From Marsupella aquatica (lineage: Eukaryota; Plantae; Marchantiophyta), in contig OZ316894.1 of NCBI GenBank assembly GCA_973895155.1, positions 11,525,892 through 11,589,891 on the forward strand: DNA of 64,000 nt. The letters run 5' to 3'. This document shows, in pieces, positions 38,601 through 50,659 of this stretch; position 1 is the first letter of the stretch; each line of letters begins with the position of its first letter. Below the pieces are notes generated by a model. That model had not been told where the DNA came from and did not search any database. It worked only from the letters and a program-made list of their open reading frames with translations. A program made the position numbers and the translations under genes.

Positions 38601-39009
38601 TATGCTTTGGAGAAATACTTTTAGGTATGAGTAATTCCAAAAAATTGAGAGAAAATAACTAAAGAGAGCAAAAATTAAGTACCTTAAGTAAGTACTACCT
38701 CCCTTGCAAAAGTATTCCAAAACATGAAACAATTGAATATGGGAGTGAGAAGGGCGGAAGAATACTTAGTACATACGTTATATATTATTATTTTCAAACA
38801 AAAGTACACTGAATTGCTTCTAGACAATACATCTGGTGGACTGACTTAGATATTTGTACAATATGTTACAATTAAAAAGTGGACAAATAATATGACAGGT
38901 CCTGAGAAAGGGTTACAGGGACAAGGGGCCCCATTAAGTATATTTGAAAAGTTAGGGGCTCATTAGGAATATCTTTAGCTAGACGGGCCCCATCAAGTAT
39001 TTTGCTGGC
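35635..39009. mobile_element. Non-autonomous Mutator-like element (MULE) with long terminal inverted repeats
   Basis: 35635-35755 is inversely matched by ~38888-39009 (e.g. GTCCCTGTAACCCTTTCTCAGGACCTGTCATATT), and 36177-36198 by 38734-38755. The left arm has ~4 tandem copies of a ~70-bp ATGTACTATCTAGAAGCAATTCACTGTAC unit. An internal MULE transposase fragment is present. TSD not recognised. Confidence 0.8.
36246..36430 (+). pseudogene. MULE transposase (DDE domain) fragment
   Basis: The hand translation LQFCQPLVSLDAFHKKNRKFPVQLFLATVQD*DQRIIILAYRVAHVESTDNWTWFL matches the CRPxxxxDGxHL..YxGQLLxAxxxDxNxxIxPxAYAVVxxExxxxWxWFL MULE consensus. Confidence 0.8.
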
Positions 39010-39699
39010 TTTTTCTTTTTAGCCCAGGGTGTACTTTTTGGCTAATGTCATGTGTGAATGAGAAGATGCTACAGTAGGATTATTCTTTCTCTAGTTGAAT
39101 TACCTTGTATATCCCTAGATTTGATAACCATTTGATCTTGGCTAATGGGGTGTGTGGTTAGGTGGGAAACTGGCCAATGGAAATCAAAAACCTAGTCAAG
39201 TGGGAAATACTTTTTGGAGAGGTGGAATTTGGTGTGTTATTGCCACATAGGGTCCACCCCACATGTGGGTGGCCCTTGAGTTTCCACTGGAGTGGTGACA
39301 TTCCAACATTAATTGAAATGTTTATGCGTCACCTCCTCTATGGGCAGGCCTGCTTGCATAACCAAGGGCAAAAGCCAGAAACTTTCCGGCACCTCCTATA
39401 CCAAACCTTAAAAATTTGAATGAAAGAAGAGAAGTTCACACATTGCAAAGTTCACTCTTAGCAAATTCGCAGATTCTGTGTAGCAAAATCCACTCCCTGT
39501 GGACATTTGAGTAGTGCTCAGGGCCGTAAAAGAAACAGCTCTTGACATGGAAGATGGCCCTAACAAAAATGCTGGTGTCACCAGGTCTCCCAACCCACTT
39601 GACTTGTTCAAAGCGAAAATATGGGTTATAAAGAATGAACATAATATGATTTTATTAGGATAGACTTGGGCACCTATCAAGGTACTTATCAATGGTCTC

Positions 39700-40335
39700 A
39701 CTATCAATGTATTTCTAGGTTGCTGGGATTTTATAGATTGGGTATTTCTAGCCATGTTTGTCTCATTCTGGTCAGATGGCATATTGCTCCCCAGTTTTTT
39801 AGATGGAGTTATATTAGAAAGCTAATTCCAAAATAAGGTGATCGATCCAGGCTCTCCAACTAGAGATTGATCATGTTCTCAAATATTGCATATAAAGTCA
39901 TTGCAAAGTTGAAAGCACTGAGGCTTTGTAGGGGACTTCCACAAATGATCAACATTCAACAAACTGATTTTGTGTCAAGAATGTTAAGGATTGCTCTTAG
40001 TCTTGTGACTCGTAGGTTACGACACTTAGGCTAACCACAGTTAGGGTCTTAGTTGAGGTTAGGTTAGTCGTGTGTGACCTTGTATATACCAGGTCTAGTG
40101 TAAGCCGTTGGTGTGTGGTGCTTACTCATTGTAACGGAGCAACTTGAGGAAGAGGGAGAGCATGTGTGTTCATCTACTCTTGAAGTAAAGCTTGAATGTT
40201 CGTGTGGACGTAGCCTTGGAGAAGAAGTGAACCACATATGAATTGTGTCAACTATGTGAGAGTGGTATGAGTCATGGTTGTATGGTTGTTGCGAATGACG
40301 TTTGAGTTCAACAAAGAAGGTAAATCTACAACTAT
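39700..40335 (+). mobile_element. L1-type LINE reverse transcriptase fragment (N-terminal RT motifs), interrupted by a solo LTR
   Basis: KLIPK*GDRSRLSN*RLIMFSNIAYKVIAKLKALRLCRGLPQMINIQQTDFVSR|R*I resembles the LIPK..NWRPISLLNxxYKIIAK..RL..LP.II..QxGFV.GR.I motif. Confidence 0.75.
39982..40313 (+). mobile_element. Solo LTR (332 bp) of the same Copia family, TSD AAGAA
   Basis: TGTTAAGGATTGCTC...GAGTTCAACA, the same length as the LTRs at 40568 and 46971 but visibly diverged. AAGAA at 39977-39981 and 40314-40318. Confidence 0.95.
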
Positions 40336-41767
40336 AATAGGAAATCCTGCCATTTTTGTCCTTTGTCCCGTTATAAAATCCAGTATCGACAGGAATCAGA
40401 ACTGTCCGTTAGATATTCTAGGGGATTTTTGTATCCGTTTGATTGGGAGTTAGATCAGCACTGATCCTCCCTTTGAGGCCTCCCATGCCCCGCAATACAG
40501 TCAGTGGCCTCAATGTCATCATTATTAGTGTCTCGCCTCACCTCTATGCCTCACCTCTATGCCTGCCTGTTAAGGATTGCTCTTAGTCTTGTGACTCATA
40601 GGTTACGGCACTTAGGCTAACCACAGTTAGGATCTTAGCTGAGGTTAGATTAGTCGTGTGTGACCTTGTATATACCAGGGCTAGTGTAAGCCGCTGGTGG
40701 GTGGTGCTTACTCATTGTAACAGAACAACAGGAGGAAGAGAGAGAGCATGTGTGTTCGTCTACTCTTGAAGTAAAGCTTGAGTGTTCGTGTGGACGTAGC
40801 CTTGGAGAAGAGGTGAACCACGTAGAGATTGTGTCGACTACGTGTGCATGGAATGAGTCATGGTTGTATGGTCGTTGCGAATGACGTCTTAGTTCAACAA
40901 TTGGTATCAGAGCAAGCCTGGGAGGTGACGTTGAGGTGATCAAAATTTTTGTGACGTGTTGGTGACGGTTTTTCCAGCGGTTAGAGTTGGTGGATTTCAC
41001 GAAGATCTATCGCATGGAACTTGGAGGTGTTGGGCTCAACGGATAGATCGGGGCAAGGGCTTTCCGACGGTGCAAAGAAATCTCTGAACGGAGTTCGTGG
41101 TGCGAAGGAATTGACGTTTCCGTCGTTCTGGATTTTTTGTGATTCGTGTTCGACGGTTTTCTTCGACGGTTCTTTTTGGGGGGAACTGAGATCGTTTTCC
41201 CGACGGTGTGAGCTTTGTGGTGCGCGAGGCGTCACAACCTTTAGCTCAAATCGTAGATCGGGCAAAGCTGATCATTTCAGTAGCTGGTTTGCTATCGAGG
41301 GTGTAGTGAGTGCGATGTACCAAGCAAAAGAGCCGTTCTGAGTTTCTGACTGGCTATGGAGTCTTCTTTTGACTGAAGCGGGGTTTCTAGTCGTTGCGTT
41401 CGACTCAAAGGAAGAAACGGGAAGTGCAACGGCTCAACGGAGAGATCGCGGTGCAGTGGTCGTTTTGAGTCCAAGATTGACACTTGACGCGGAGTGAAGG
41501 AGTCGTGACGGGAATTTTTTACTCTGCTAGAGTTGCAAACGGTGCCGGTGCAATTCGGTAACATTTCCCGTCGACAACTAGTCTTTATCTGGTGTAAAGT
41601 GATAACGGCAGTGTGAGTAACCCAACAATTTTTATTTTTTATTTTTTGTGCACATTGTGCCTTAGAATAGGGCCTTTTTGGTGGTGTGTATACACACCCT
41701 CCCAACCCTTGCACCCCTGTCAATACCCCGTTGGCGACCCCCTCCTCCTCCTCGCTAATACTCCCAT

Positions 41768-41968
41768 CGCGGACGTCCCGGCCATCCCAGACGTCACGGC
41801 CGGCGCGGACATCGCGGCCATCCCGGACGTCGCAACCGGCGCGGACGTCTCAGATGTCACGGCCGGCGCGGACGTCGCAGCCGGCACGGACGTCGCAGCC
41901 GGCACGGACGTCCCGGCCGTCCCAGACGTCACGGCTGGCGCGGACTTCGCGGCCGTCCCGGACGTCCT
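41768..41968. repeat. GC-rich 18/36-bp tandem repeat in the long Copia 5' leader
   Basis: Repeats of GGACGTCCCGGCCATCCCAGACGTCACGGCCGGCGC and GGACGTCGCAGCCGGCAC. Confidence 0.9.
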
Positions 41969-42679
41969 AGTCGTCGCAGCTCCATCCCTGCCCATTTTGA
42001 CTCGGTTTTTGACTCCCCGACCCCCTGTGCACTGCCTGGCCCGTCACGCGTATAGGCGCCTTTTTTAAGACAGAATTTTTGTGTTCTTAAACCCCCTTAG
42101 GCCCGGTTTTTTAATCCTTTCCAGGCTCCTCATTGGTTAAGCGGCATCTCGGGCCCGGTGACCCACCAAATTAACCGCTTGGACAGGGGGAACGGCCCCC
42201 TGTGAGACCTGTTTCACAGTCCAAGGAATATTCCGAAAAAACAGAGAGCTGTTTTTCGGCCTTTAGTCGAAGATTCCAAGGTCCGAACGGTAACTTTTTC
42301 GGATCTTTTTTGGCGAGAACGTAGCCACTGAAGCTAGCAACGCGGTGCACCACTCGATTTCCATTTCCGACGACGGGTGGTACTTGGATATTTTCTTATT
42401 CCCCGAGGTGGTCAAAACGGGAGAGAATTTTTGAGTTTTACCCACCCCGACCAAAATGTGAAAAAGTTTTTCGTCGGAACTCGGTTTCGATTTCGGATTT
42501 CAGCGTTGGCTTGCTATGTTGGTGGGCTAAGTGGCGGTGACAAGTTTCAAGGTTTTTGGAAAGTTGCAAAAAATGATATTTTTTCGTGATTTGGATTTGA
42601 GTCAACGCGAAGGAAGGAAGGAAAAAGCATATAGGGAGCAGCACAGCAATAGCACGTGGAGAACGTTGGGAGGACAACG

Positions 42680-43582
42680 ATGGCATCCAAGTTTGGAGGT
42701 GTCAAGTTTGAGGTGGAAAAATATGATGGGCGCACAGATTATTTGCTATGGGAGAAGCAGGTTAAGGGAATTCTTCGTGCTATGGGCCTAGATCATCTGC
42801 TATCGACTCGGGAGGAGTCTAGCAGTGAGGAGGAGATCCCGTTGAGGAAATGGAGGCAAGAGCAAGTGATTGCTGTGAATGCGGTTATGCTGTATCTGAA
42901 GCCGCATATCATTAAGAAGCTGGACGACTACGAGGATTGCGTATCCTTATTCAAGGCCCTCAGAGAGAAGTACTACCGAGAGGATGCCTCAGATCAGTTG
43001 TACAAGAAGTCTCTCTTGATGAGCTTGAGACTAAAAGAAGGAGGCAAGCTTCGAGATCACTTGGATGAATTCGACAGCCTAGCTGTAGATTTGTCAAATC
43101 TTGGCAAGGGAGTGGAAGATGAAGATAAGGCATTGCTTCTTCTCAGTTCCTTACCCCCATCATATCAAGGTTTGAAGCAGGTTCTCTTGTATAGAGATCT
43201 CAAAACCATTTCATATGATGAGGTGGTAAGCTCTTTGTTGTCAGATGATGCACAGAAGAAACTGGGTCATGCCCAGACACCATCTTCATCTGGCAGTGCA
43301 TTGAATGTGAACCGCGGGAGGACTCAACAGCGGATGACTGGTGAAAACAGGTCCTTTTCACAAACGTACCCCTCACGGAATAGAGGCAAGGAGAAGGCTC
43401 GGTCTAAGTCTAGATCCAGGTCTAGAGAGAAATCTCTAGAAAGGAAACCAATTATATGCTGGAAATGTAACAAGCCTGGCCACATGAAACGAGACTGTCG
43501 AGTCAAGCAGACTCATCAACCATCAGCGAACGCAGCCACTAATGTAGATATGATTGACTTGCTTGATGATGAAATCTTGTGA
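42680..43582 (+). CDS. Copia Gag (UBN2-type) with CCHC zinc knuckle
   Basis: MASKFGGVKFEVEKYDGRTDYLLW, DEDKALLLLSSLPPSY, CWKCNKPGHMKRDC. Ends in TGA at 43580-43582. Confidence 0.92.
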   Translation: MASKFGGVKFEVEKYDGRTDYLLWEKQVKGILRAMGLDHLLSTREESSSEEEIPLRKWRQEQVIAVNAVMLYLKPHIIKKLDDYEDCVSLFKALREKYYREDASDQLYKKSLLMSLRLKEGGKLRDHLDEFDSLAVDLSNLGKGVEDEDKALLLLSSLPPSYQGLKQVLLYRDLKTISYDEVVSSLLSDDAQKKLGHAQTPSSSGSALNVNRGRTQQRMTGENRSFSQTYPSRNRGKEKARSKSRSRSREKSLERKPIICWKCNKPGHMKRDCRVKQTHQPSANAATNVDMIDLLDDEIL

Positions 43583-46500
43583 AGTCCAGATGTTGCCCTT
43601 TGCATTTCATCCAGTAACAACGGTGATGAATGGATTTTAGACTGTGCCTGTACCTATCATATTTGTTGTATGAAAGAGTTTTTTAGTTCTTACTCAGTAT
43701 CAACCGGTTCCGTGTTGATGGAGAATGATCATCCTTGTCAAATTATTGGAATTGGATCCGTGAAAATTCGGATGTTTGATGGAGCTGTGCGAACAGTGAG
43801 TAATGTCAGACACATACCTGACATGAAAAAGAACTTGATTTCTCTTGGAATGCTGGAAGCAAATGGATGTCGGTGGAGTTCTGCTGATGGTATTCTTCAA
43901 GTGTCAACCGGAGGCAAGGTTGTCATGAAGGGTAAGCGGCACAGGAATCTATACCTGTTGGAGGGCAACGTGATTTGTGAAGAAGCCAATGTAACTAGAT
44001 CTCAATGCGAGATGACTCAGTTGTGGCACAGCAGATTGGGACACATGAGTGAAAAGGGTTTGGCGGTACTTCGCAGGCAAGGACTTCTTTCTAATTTAGA
44101 ATCTACTAAGCTAGATTTTTGTGAACACTGTGTGCTTGGGAAGCAGCACAGGAGAACCTTTGGTGTTGGAACTCACAATACCAAAGCTATACTTGACTAT
44201 GTACATAGTGATGTGTGGGGTCCAGCCCCAACTCCCTCACTTTCTGGAAAATTGTACTATGTCACGTTCATTGATGATTACTCACGGTATGTGTGGATCA
44301 CATTTCTACACGCCAAGTCTGAAGTTTTTGGCACTTTTAAGAAGTGGAAAGCCCAAATTGAGAATCAGACTGGCTCCAAGGTGAGATATCTGCGATCAGA
44401 TAACGGCGGGGAGTATAGTTCAAGTGAATTTGAACTATATTGTGCAGAGCAAGGGATTACTCGTCATCTCACGACAATTTATACTCCTCAACAGAATGGT
44501 GTTTGTGAGCGGCTAAACCGAACACTATTGGAGCAATCAAGGAGTATGTTGAGCCAATCAGGTTTACCGCATGAATTTTGGGCTGAAGCTATAAATACGG
44601 CAGCTTATTTGGTAAATCTTTCTCCTTCAAGTGCAATCAATTTCAAGACGCCGTTTGAAATGAGGTATGGACGGCATGCAGACTATCAGGTTTTGAGAGT
44701 CCTTGGAAGTGATGCATATGCTCTCACACCTAAGCAGAATCGATCTAAACTAGATTCTACTTCCAAGAAGTGTCTTTTTCTTGGTTATCAACCAGGTGTG
44801 AAAGGTTACAGGCTATGGGATCCAGAAGCTTGTACGTTGCTTGTCAATAGAGATGTATCCTTTAATGAATCCAGGTCATCAAAGGAGGGGGAGAATGCTC
44901 AGGCTTCCCGTACTGACAAAGGTAAATCTCCTATCCTGGACCATGTTGTGGGGGAGATTGGTCATGAGAGTTTTCATGACATAAATGAAGGAGGTGCTCC
45001 GAGAATGGAGCTGGTTCCGGTAATGGAACAAGAGGAGCAGGCTGTTGATGGAATACCTCAAATTCAACCAACAGAACAAGATCAACCAGAATCATCAGCT
45101 AGAAAATCGAGACGTACTACTCGAGCTCCTACAAGGTATGGACAATGGACAGATTCATCAAGGTTAGATGATGTTGACATTGCACCTGATGATGATGACA
45201 GAGCACTGATCTTGGAAGAAGGAGAACCTTCTTCTTATCATGAGGCGTGCATTTCAGACGAGAAAGATGAATGGAATGCAGCGATGCAGAGGGAGTTGCA
45301 ATCTTTAAGTTACAATAGAACATGGGAGCTGGTGCAGCTGCCAAGTGATCAACAAGTGGTGGATAGCAAGTGGATTTACAAGTTGAAGGACAGCTCTTCA
45401 GATGGAGGAGACAAGATATACAAGGCAAGGCTTGTTGCCAAGGGATTCACTCAAGAGAAGGGAGTGGATTACAATGAGGTCTTCTCTCCAGTTGCTAAGT
45501 ATTCCACGATACGAATTTTGTGTCAACTTGTTGTGTTTTTTGATCTGGTGTTAGATCAAATGGATGTTGTTACTGCTTTTCTCTATGGCACCTTGGAGGA
45601 ACAAATTTTCATGAGGCAACCACTGGGCTTTGTGAAGAAGGGCCAAGAGAGTTTAGTTTGCAGGTTACTTAAGTCCTTGTATGGATTGAAGCAAGCTCCT
45701 CGGCAGTGGAACAAGCGGTTCAATGATTTCATGCTTGCACAAGGATTCACTAGGATGGTGTATGACCCTTGTGTGTATACGAAATCAGTCAAGAATGGTG
45801 TGTTTGGTTTGCTCATTCTAGTGCTCTATGTGGATGACATGTTGATTGTGGCTAAGGATCAAACTGAGGTTGACAAACTCAAAGCAAAATTGAGTTCTGA
45901 ATTCCGAATGAAGGATCTTGGGAAAGCCAAGAGGATCTTAGGTATGGAGATTACGAGGAACTTTGAAACTGGATAGTTGTGGTTGAATCAAGGCAAGTAT
46001 GCTGAAAAGGTACTTGCAAGATTCAACATGGAAAATTGTAAGCCAGTAAGTATTCCTTTGGCTCCACATTTCAAGTTATCATCGGCTTTCTGCCCCACGG
46101 ATCCAGTGGAGAGAGGTTTGATGACTAAGGTTCCATATGAGAAGGCAGTGGGCAGTCTAATGTATTTGATGACATGTACCAGGCCTGATCTAGCCCTAGC
46201 AATGGGCAAAGTGAGTAGATTCATGTCAAATCCAGGGAAGGTACATTGGGAGGCTGTGAAATGGATTCTCAGGTATCTTAAGGGCACAATAGACTATGGT
46301 CTATTGTTTGATAGTAGATCAAACAAAACCAAATCTTTGGTTGGCTATGTAGATTCTGACTACGGAGGCTGTCTGGAAACAAGGAGGTCAACGACTGGGT
46401 ATGTGTTTACTCTTGGAAGAGGATGCATAAGTTGGAGATCTACCTTGTAGAAGTGTGTATCTCAGTCTACTACAGAAGCAAAATATGTTGCAGCAGCAGA

Positions 46501-46810
46501 AGCAGCAAAGGAAGCAATTTGGTTGGATAAGCTGGTCATTGAGATGGGATTGGAGCATGGAAAAATGACTCTTCATTGTGACAGCCAAAGTGCGCTTCAC
46601 CTAGCTATTAACCAGGTTATGGATAGCAGGGTGAAACACATTGACATCAGGTACCATTTTATTAGGCAAGCAGTGTCTGATAAAATGTTTGAGCTAGTCA
46701 AGATTGATGGAAAGCTCAACCCGACTGATGCTTTTACCAAAGTGATTCCTTTGGAGAGTTACTCAAGACACCGTGCTACTTTGCAAGTTTTGCATTTGCA
46801 GCACAAGTAG
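43583..46810 (+). pseudogene. Copia Pol (protease, GAG-pre-integrase, integrase, RT, RNase H) in frame with gag, with two internal TAG stops
   Basis: WILDCACTYH, LWHSRLGH, VHSDVWGP, LRSDNGGEY, QQNGVCER, YKARLVAKG, QMDVVTAFL, SLYGLKQAPRQW, LYVDDML, YVDSDY, KHIDIRYHF. Stops at 45974-45976 and 46448-46450. Confidence 0.93.
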
Positions 46811-48183
46811 AGTAACTTAACAATATGTAATTTCTGTATATGGGTTACTCAATCCTGTTATGGCTACGGCTTAATTCTAGTTAACCCTTAGTTAACCTTA
46901 AATGGTTTTTAGGGGGACACCTATGGTTTTAGGTGATTGTCTAGAATTTCCCTATAGTCAAGGGGGAGTTTGTTAAGGATTGCTCTTAGTCTTGTGACTC
47001 ATAGGTTACGGCACTTAGGCTAACCACAGTTAGGATCTTAGCTGAGGTTAGATTAGTCGTGTGTGACCTTGTATATACCAGGGCTAGTGTAAGCCGCTGG
47101 TGGGTGGTGCTTACTCATTGTAACAGAACAACAGGAGGAAGAGAGAGAACATGTGTGTTCGTCTACTCTTGAAGTAAAGCTTGAGTGTTCGTGTGGACGT
47201 AGCCTTGGAGAAGAGGTGAACCACGTAGAGATTGTGTCGACTACGTGTGCATGGAATGAGTCATGGTTGTATGGTCGTTGCGAATGACGTCTTAGTTCAA
47301 CACTGCCCACCCAAATCTAAGCCATCAATGAGAGGAGACCGTGGCCACCTGCAAAGCCCTATACTTCCCGGTCCAGAAGAGGAGTACTCCTTGCCAAAGG
47401 CGCCCCCATAGTTTTCTAGTGAGTTTCACGTCTTGCCCTCCTCCACCCCTGACGTAGTGTGCTGACGTTCGCTCTCCTGACTGGCAATCCCACTCAAAGA
47501 TATCTAGTCGGTACCAGGATTGATACTGATCCTGTAACAGGACTGATATTGAATGAAGGATTAGGTGTCGCAAACTAATCCTTCCACAAATGAGCAAGAC
47601 TACAAATTCAAAATCTGTGAGAATGTACCAGAGGGCATTTATTCCATGTCAAGAAATGATTGGGTAGCATGCAAGGAAGGTACAGAAGTAATTAATTGAT
47701 TTCTCCCTGGAGGGGTCAATGCATAATACTACCCAAGAGAGGGAGGAGTTAGAGCATCTCCAGCGGTAGGGGCAAACCGGCCCCTAACCCCCAAAAATGG
47801 CCAATAGAGGTCAAAAATAGAGGGATGGGTTCCAACCGTTGCCCCGTATCGCCATAACATTGGCGGTCAATAGCCTTTTCGCTTGACCGCGACCACCACA
47901 TTTGGGGGGATTGGCAGTCGGAGGACACTGCCTCCATCCTTGCCTCCTTCCCCATTGACGCTTGCAACTGATCCACGTGTCGGGACATCCTACCATTGCC
48001 TGCAGAATGGCGCAAAGAACCTATGGAAATCCAAATTTTGTGCATGGTCTGACGTTTGAACAGGAGAGGCACGATCGACTCGTGGTCCCAGTACAAAGCT
48101 GGACCTCATTGGAGAATTGCACTCTGCACTGTGCATTCTCGTGCCATACTCGAGACCACACCTCTGTCAAGGACCTAACCTTC

Positions 48184-49050
48184 ATGGGAACTGTACATGG
48201 GAAAAACTACTCTGATGATGAGCTCAAGCAAGTGTGCTATAGCATGTTGCATATCTCCCAAGATCCATGTGTAGGGAATGGGCAACGAGCTGAAAAAATT
48301 GGGGATAGGGTCGGTGACCACTACGAGAAACACAAGCCAAAGGGCACAGAAGTGAGGGGAAAGAAGTCTCTTGAAGGGAAGTGGGGCGACATCAAGAAAG
48401 ATGTCAGCAAGTTCATTGGGTGTATGCAACAAGTAGAAGGCAGGCAGACGTAAGGGACAAACAAGGCAGACACCATCAAATCTGCAAAGGAGTTGTACGT
48501 GGAGAATCACCCCAAGCACAAGAATTTCACATTTGATTCATGTTACTGGATTTTGAAAGAGTGCCCAAGGTGGTGCACTCTAGTTGACTCATGCCTGGGC
48601 AAGGGGAAGAATAAAACTAGGGCAACAATGAAGGGAACAGACAAGGAGAACTCCAGCCCAACAACAGAAGTCATAGGGTCCGATGAGGAGGGACAAGCTG
48701 CAAATGTGGATGATGCCTTTGACAGTGGACAATCAGCTACAAGGAAAAGACCGTCTAGGAATAAGTTTGCCAAGGAGGAGGTGCAACTGCTGAAGCAACA
48801 ACAAGATGCTTTGAAGATGATTGCCCGGGCTCAGATGGAGATGGCAACAGCTAACTCTCAACGGGCAAGAGTTATGGAAAACAATTCTTCCATGGCTTTA
48901 ATTTCTTTGCCTACAAATGGAATGTCACAAGAATTGCAGCAGTTTATGAATTCTTGGAAGCTGGAGGAAGCGATGAAATTGAAGAAGCAAATGGACTCCC
49001 AACAACAGAATGTCAATATGCAAGAGGAAACTGCTGACGTGCCAGTTTGA
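48184..49050 (+). pseudogene. Harbinger ORF1 (Myb/SANT-like + NAM-associated domain), one stop at 48451-48453
   Basis: KNYSDDELKQVCYSMLHISQDPCVGNGQ..KW..IKKDVSKFIG..*GTN..AKELY..FTFDSCYWILKECPRW..KRPSRNKFAK. Both ORF pieces are in the same frame. Confidence 0.85.
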
Positions 49051-49959
49051 CCTCCCAATCCATGACCATTTGTTCGTCAGCCCAATTTTCTTGCCCCTCC
49101 ACCACCCCCAGTGGTTGACGTAGAAGATGACTCTGACGAGGGTGACTAGTACGAAGCAGTTCCTATTGGGGACCAGGAAGAACCCATATTTGACTCGCAA
49201 CGGCCAATTCCTGGACCTATGCTAGATCAGAATCAATTCATGGCATTGTTGAACCAGGTTCAACAATAGGGATACTGGAATATGTAATTTTTAAATTTTT
49301 TTTGTTGATGTACACTGATGAAGAGGACATTTCAACCTCATACAGTACAATTTGTCCCTATGCAATTCATTACACATGACCTGATTAGACATGTAAACTG
49401 CATTTCTTTGAAGGTTCTTCCTAAATTTGTACCGCTCCAATTTTATTTGCCAATGCTCACTCCCAATTCATGTGACTTTATTTTTGCCCTGTACACTTTG
49501 TCTCCCAGTACAGACAGGTCTAATTGTACTGGGCTTTCACACGTAGGGCACACTTCTCACAGTTGGTATTGACCCTGCCATCTAACCTCACTAATGAACT
49601 TTGCAAACCTCCAAATGCATTCCAATGGAGTCCCGCCAGAAAGAGAATAAGTGCAAAGTGCAGGGGGAGCTGGTTCCTATTGTGGCACATTTAAGCAATT
49701 TTGCAGTCTTCTATCATATTCGCTCGCAACATTCCTTCAGCATTCCTTCAGCATTCAATTGCAGCCTTCGCTAGTAGTCTTCAACAGCCGGTCGTAGCCT
49801 TCAACTTTGGATTGCACCTTCAGCATTCTCCCTACTATTTTTCAATCTACCTCTTGTTTTAGGTAAGGAGCGAGACAATGTGCAATTTGATTTTGAAGGC
49901 CTCGATTTGCATATGATAATTGAGTTTGCTTTTGTTGCACATCTTTGCAGAGCCTCAAC

Positions 49960-50253
49960 ATGCCAAAGACGAGAGTAGCTGCCACAGTGCCACCAAGCCG
50001 GCCCACTCCATATGATTCAAATGCAGGTGGAGTCACTAAAGCCACCAATGCCTTTGCTCCAGTTCAGCCTAAGACTGCTCGACGACTTGAACTCCGAGCT
50101 CGCCCAAAGGCAACAACAAGTCGGAGGGTGGAAGGCAATGCTCGGAGGGAGAGACTTGAGGAGAAGAAGTTCAAGCGAGACCTCCAAAAAATTAAGGAGA
50201 GAGAGGAGGCAAAAGAGACCACCTTTGACTCGGAAGCTAGGCAGCTCGGATGA
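49960..50253 (+). CDS. Small basic ORF (97 aa) between the two Harbinger genes
   Basis: The ATG at 49960 is preceded by an apparent 5'UTR intron (AG|GTAAGG 49863 to TTTGCAG 49950). Lys/Arg-rich with a coiled-coil tail. No family recognised. Confidence 0.4.
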   Translation: MPKTRVAATVPPSRPTPYDSNAGGVTKATNAFAPVQPKTARRLELRARPKATTSRRVEGNARRERLEEKKFKRDLQKIKEREEAKETTFDSEARQLG

Positions 50254-50659
50254 TGGAGTGTTGATTGATGGGTACCAATGGGAGTACCCACCCAATTAGG
50301 CAAGGACATAGGCAACATTGTGCAACTTGGATGTATGCATAGCTGCAGTTGTCATATGTTCAGCTTATGTTTCAGCTCATTTTGAGTTCAACATTGTTAG
50401 GTTCCGCTGCCCATTTTCAATTCAGCTTTGATAGCGGGTGTTGCCTTCAAATGTCATGTACAGAGCTGGACATGCTTGACTCAGTTTGAGTTTTTATAAA
50501 TGAAAACATACTTGTTGTATTCGTTTCATACACGTTTTGTATTGAACATTTGCATTTCAGAAAACCCATGAATAGGGTTGTACAATATATTTGCTCTCGC
50601 AATTGAAAACAACTGCTCCTCTGTGAATTGAACCACTACAGAGTCTGTTCAATGGTTTG

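Larger units (their letters stand above)
40568..47302 (+). mobile_element. Full-length Ty1/Copia LTR retrotransposon, recent insertion, TSD CTGCC
   Basis: 332-bp LTRs at 40568-40899 and 46971-47302 (one mismatch noticed). PBS TGGTATCAGAGC (tRNA-iMet) at 40902-40913. PPT AAGGGGGAG before 46971. CTGCC at 40563-40567 and 47303-47307. Domain order gag-PR-IN-RT-RH. Confidence 0.98.

Noticed and set aside
40650-41000. Near-identical ORFs at 40650-41000 and 47053-47310 as duplicated genes
   Set aside because: They are antisense translations of the two LTRs.
41613-42068. Repetitive ORFs (DVTAGADV / RTSRPS) as real proteins
   Set aside because: They are by-products of a GC-rich minisatellite that is open in several frames, with non-ATG starts.
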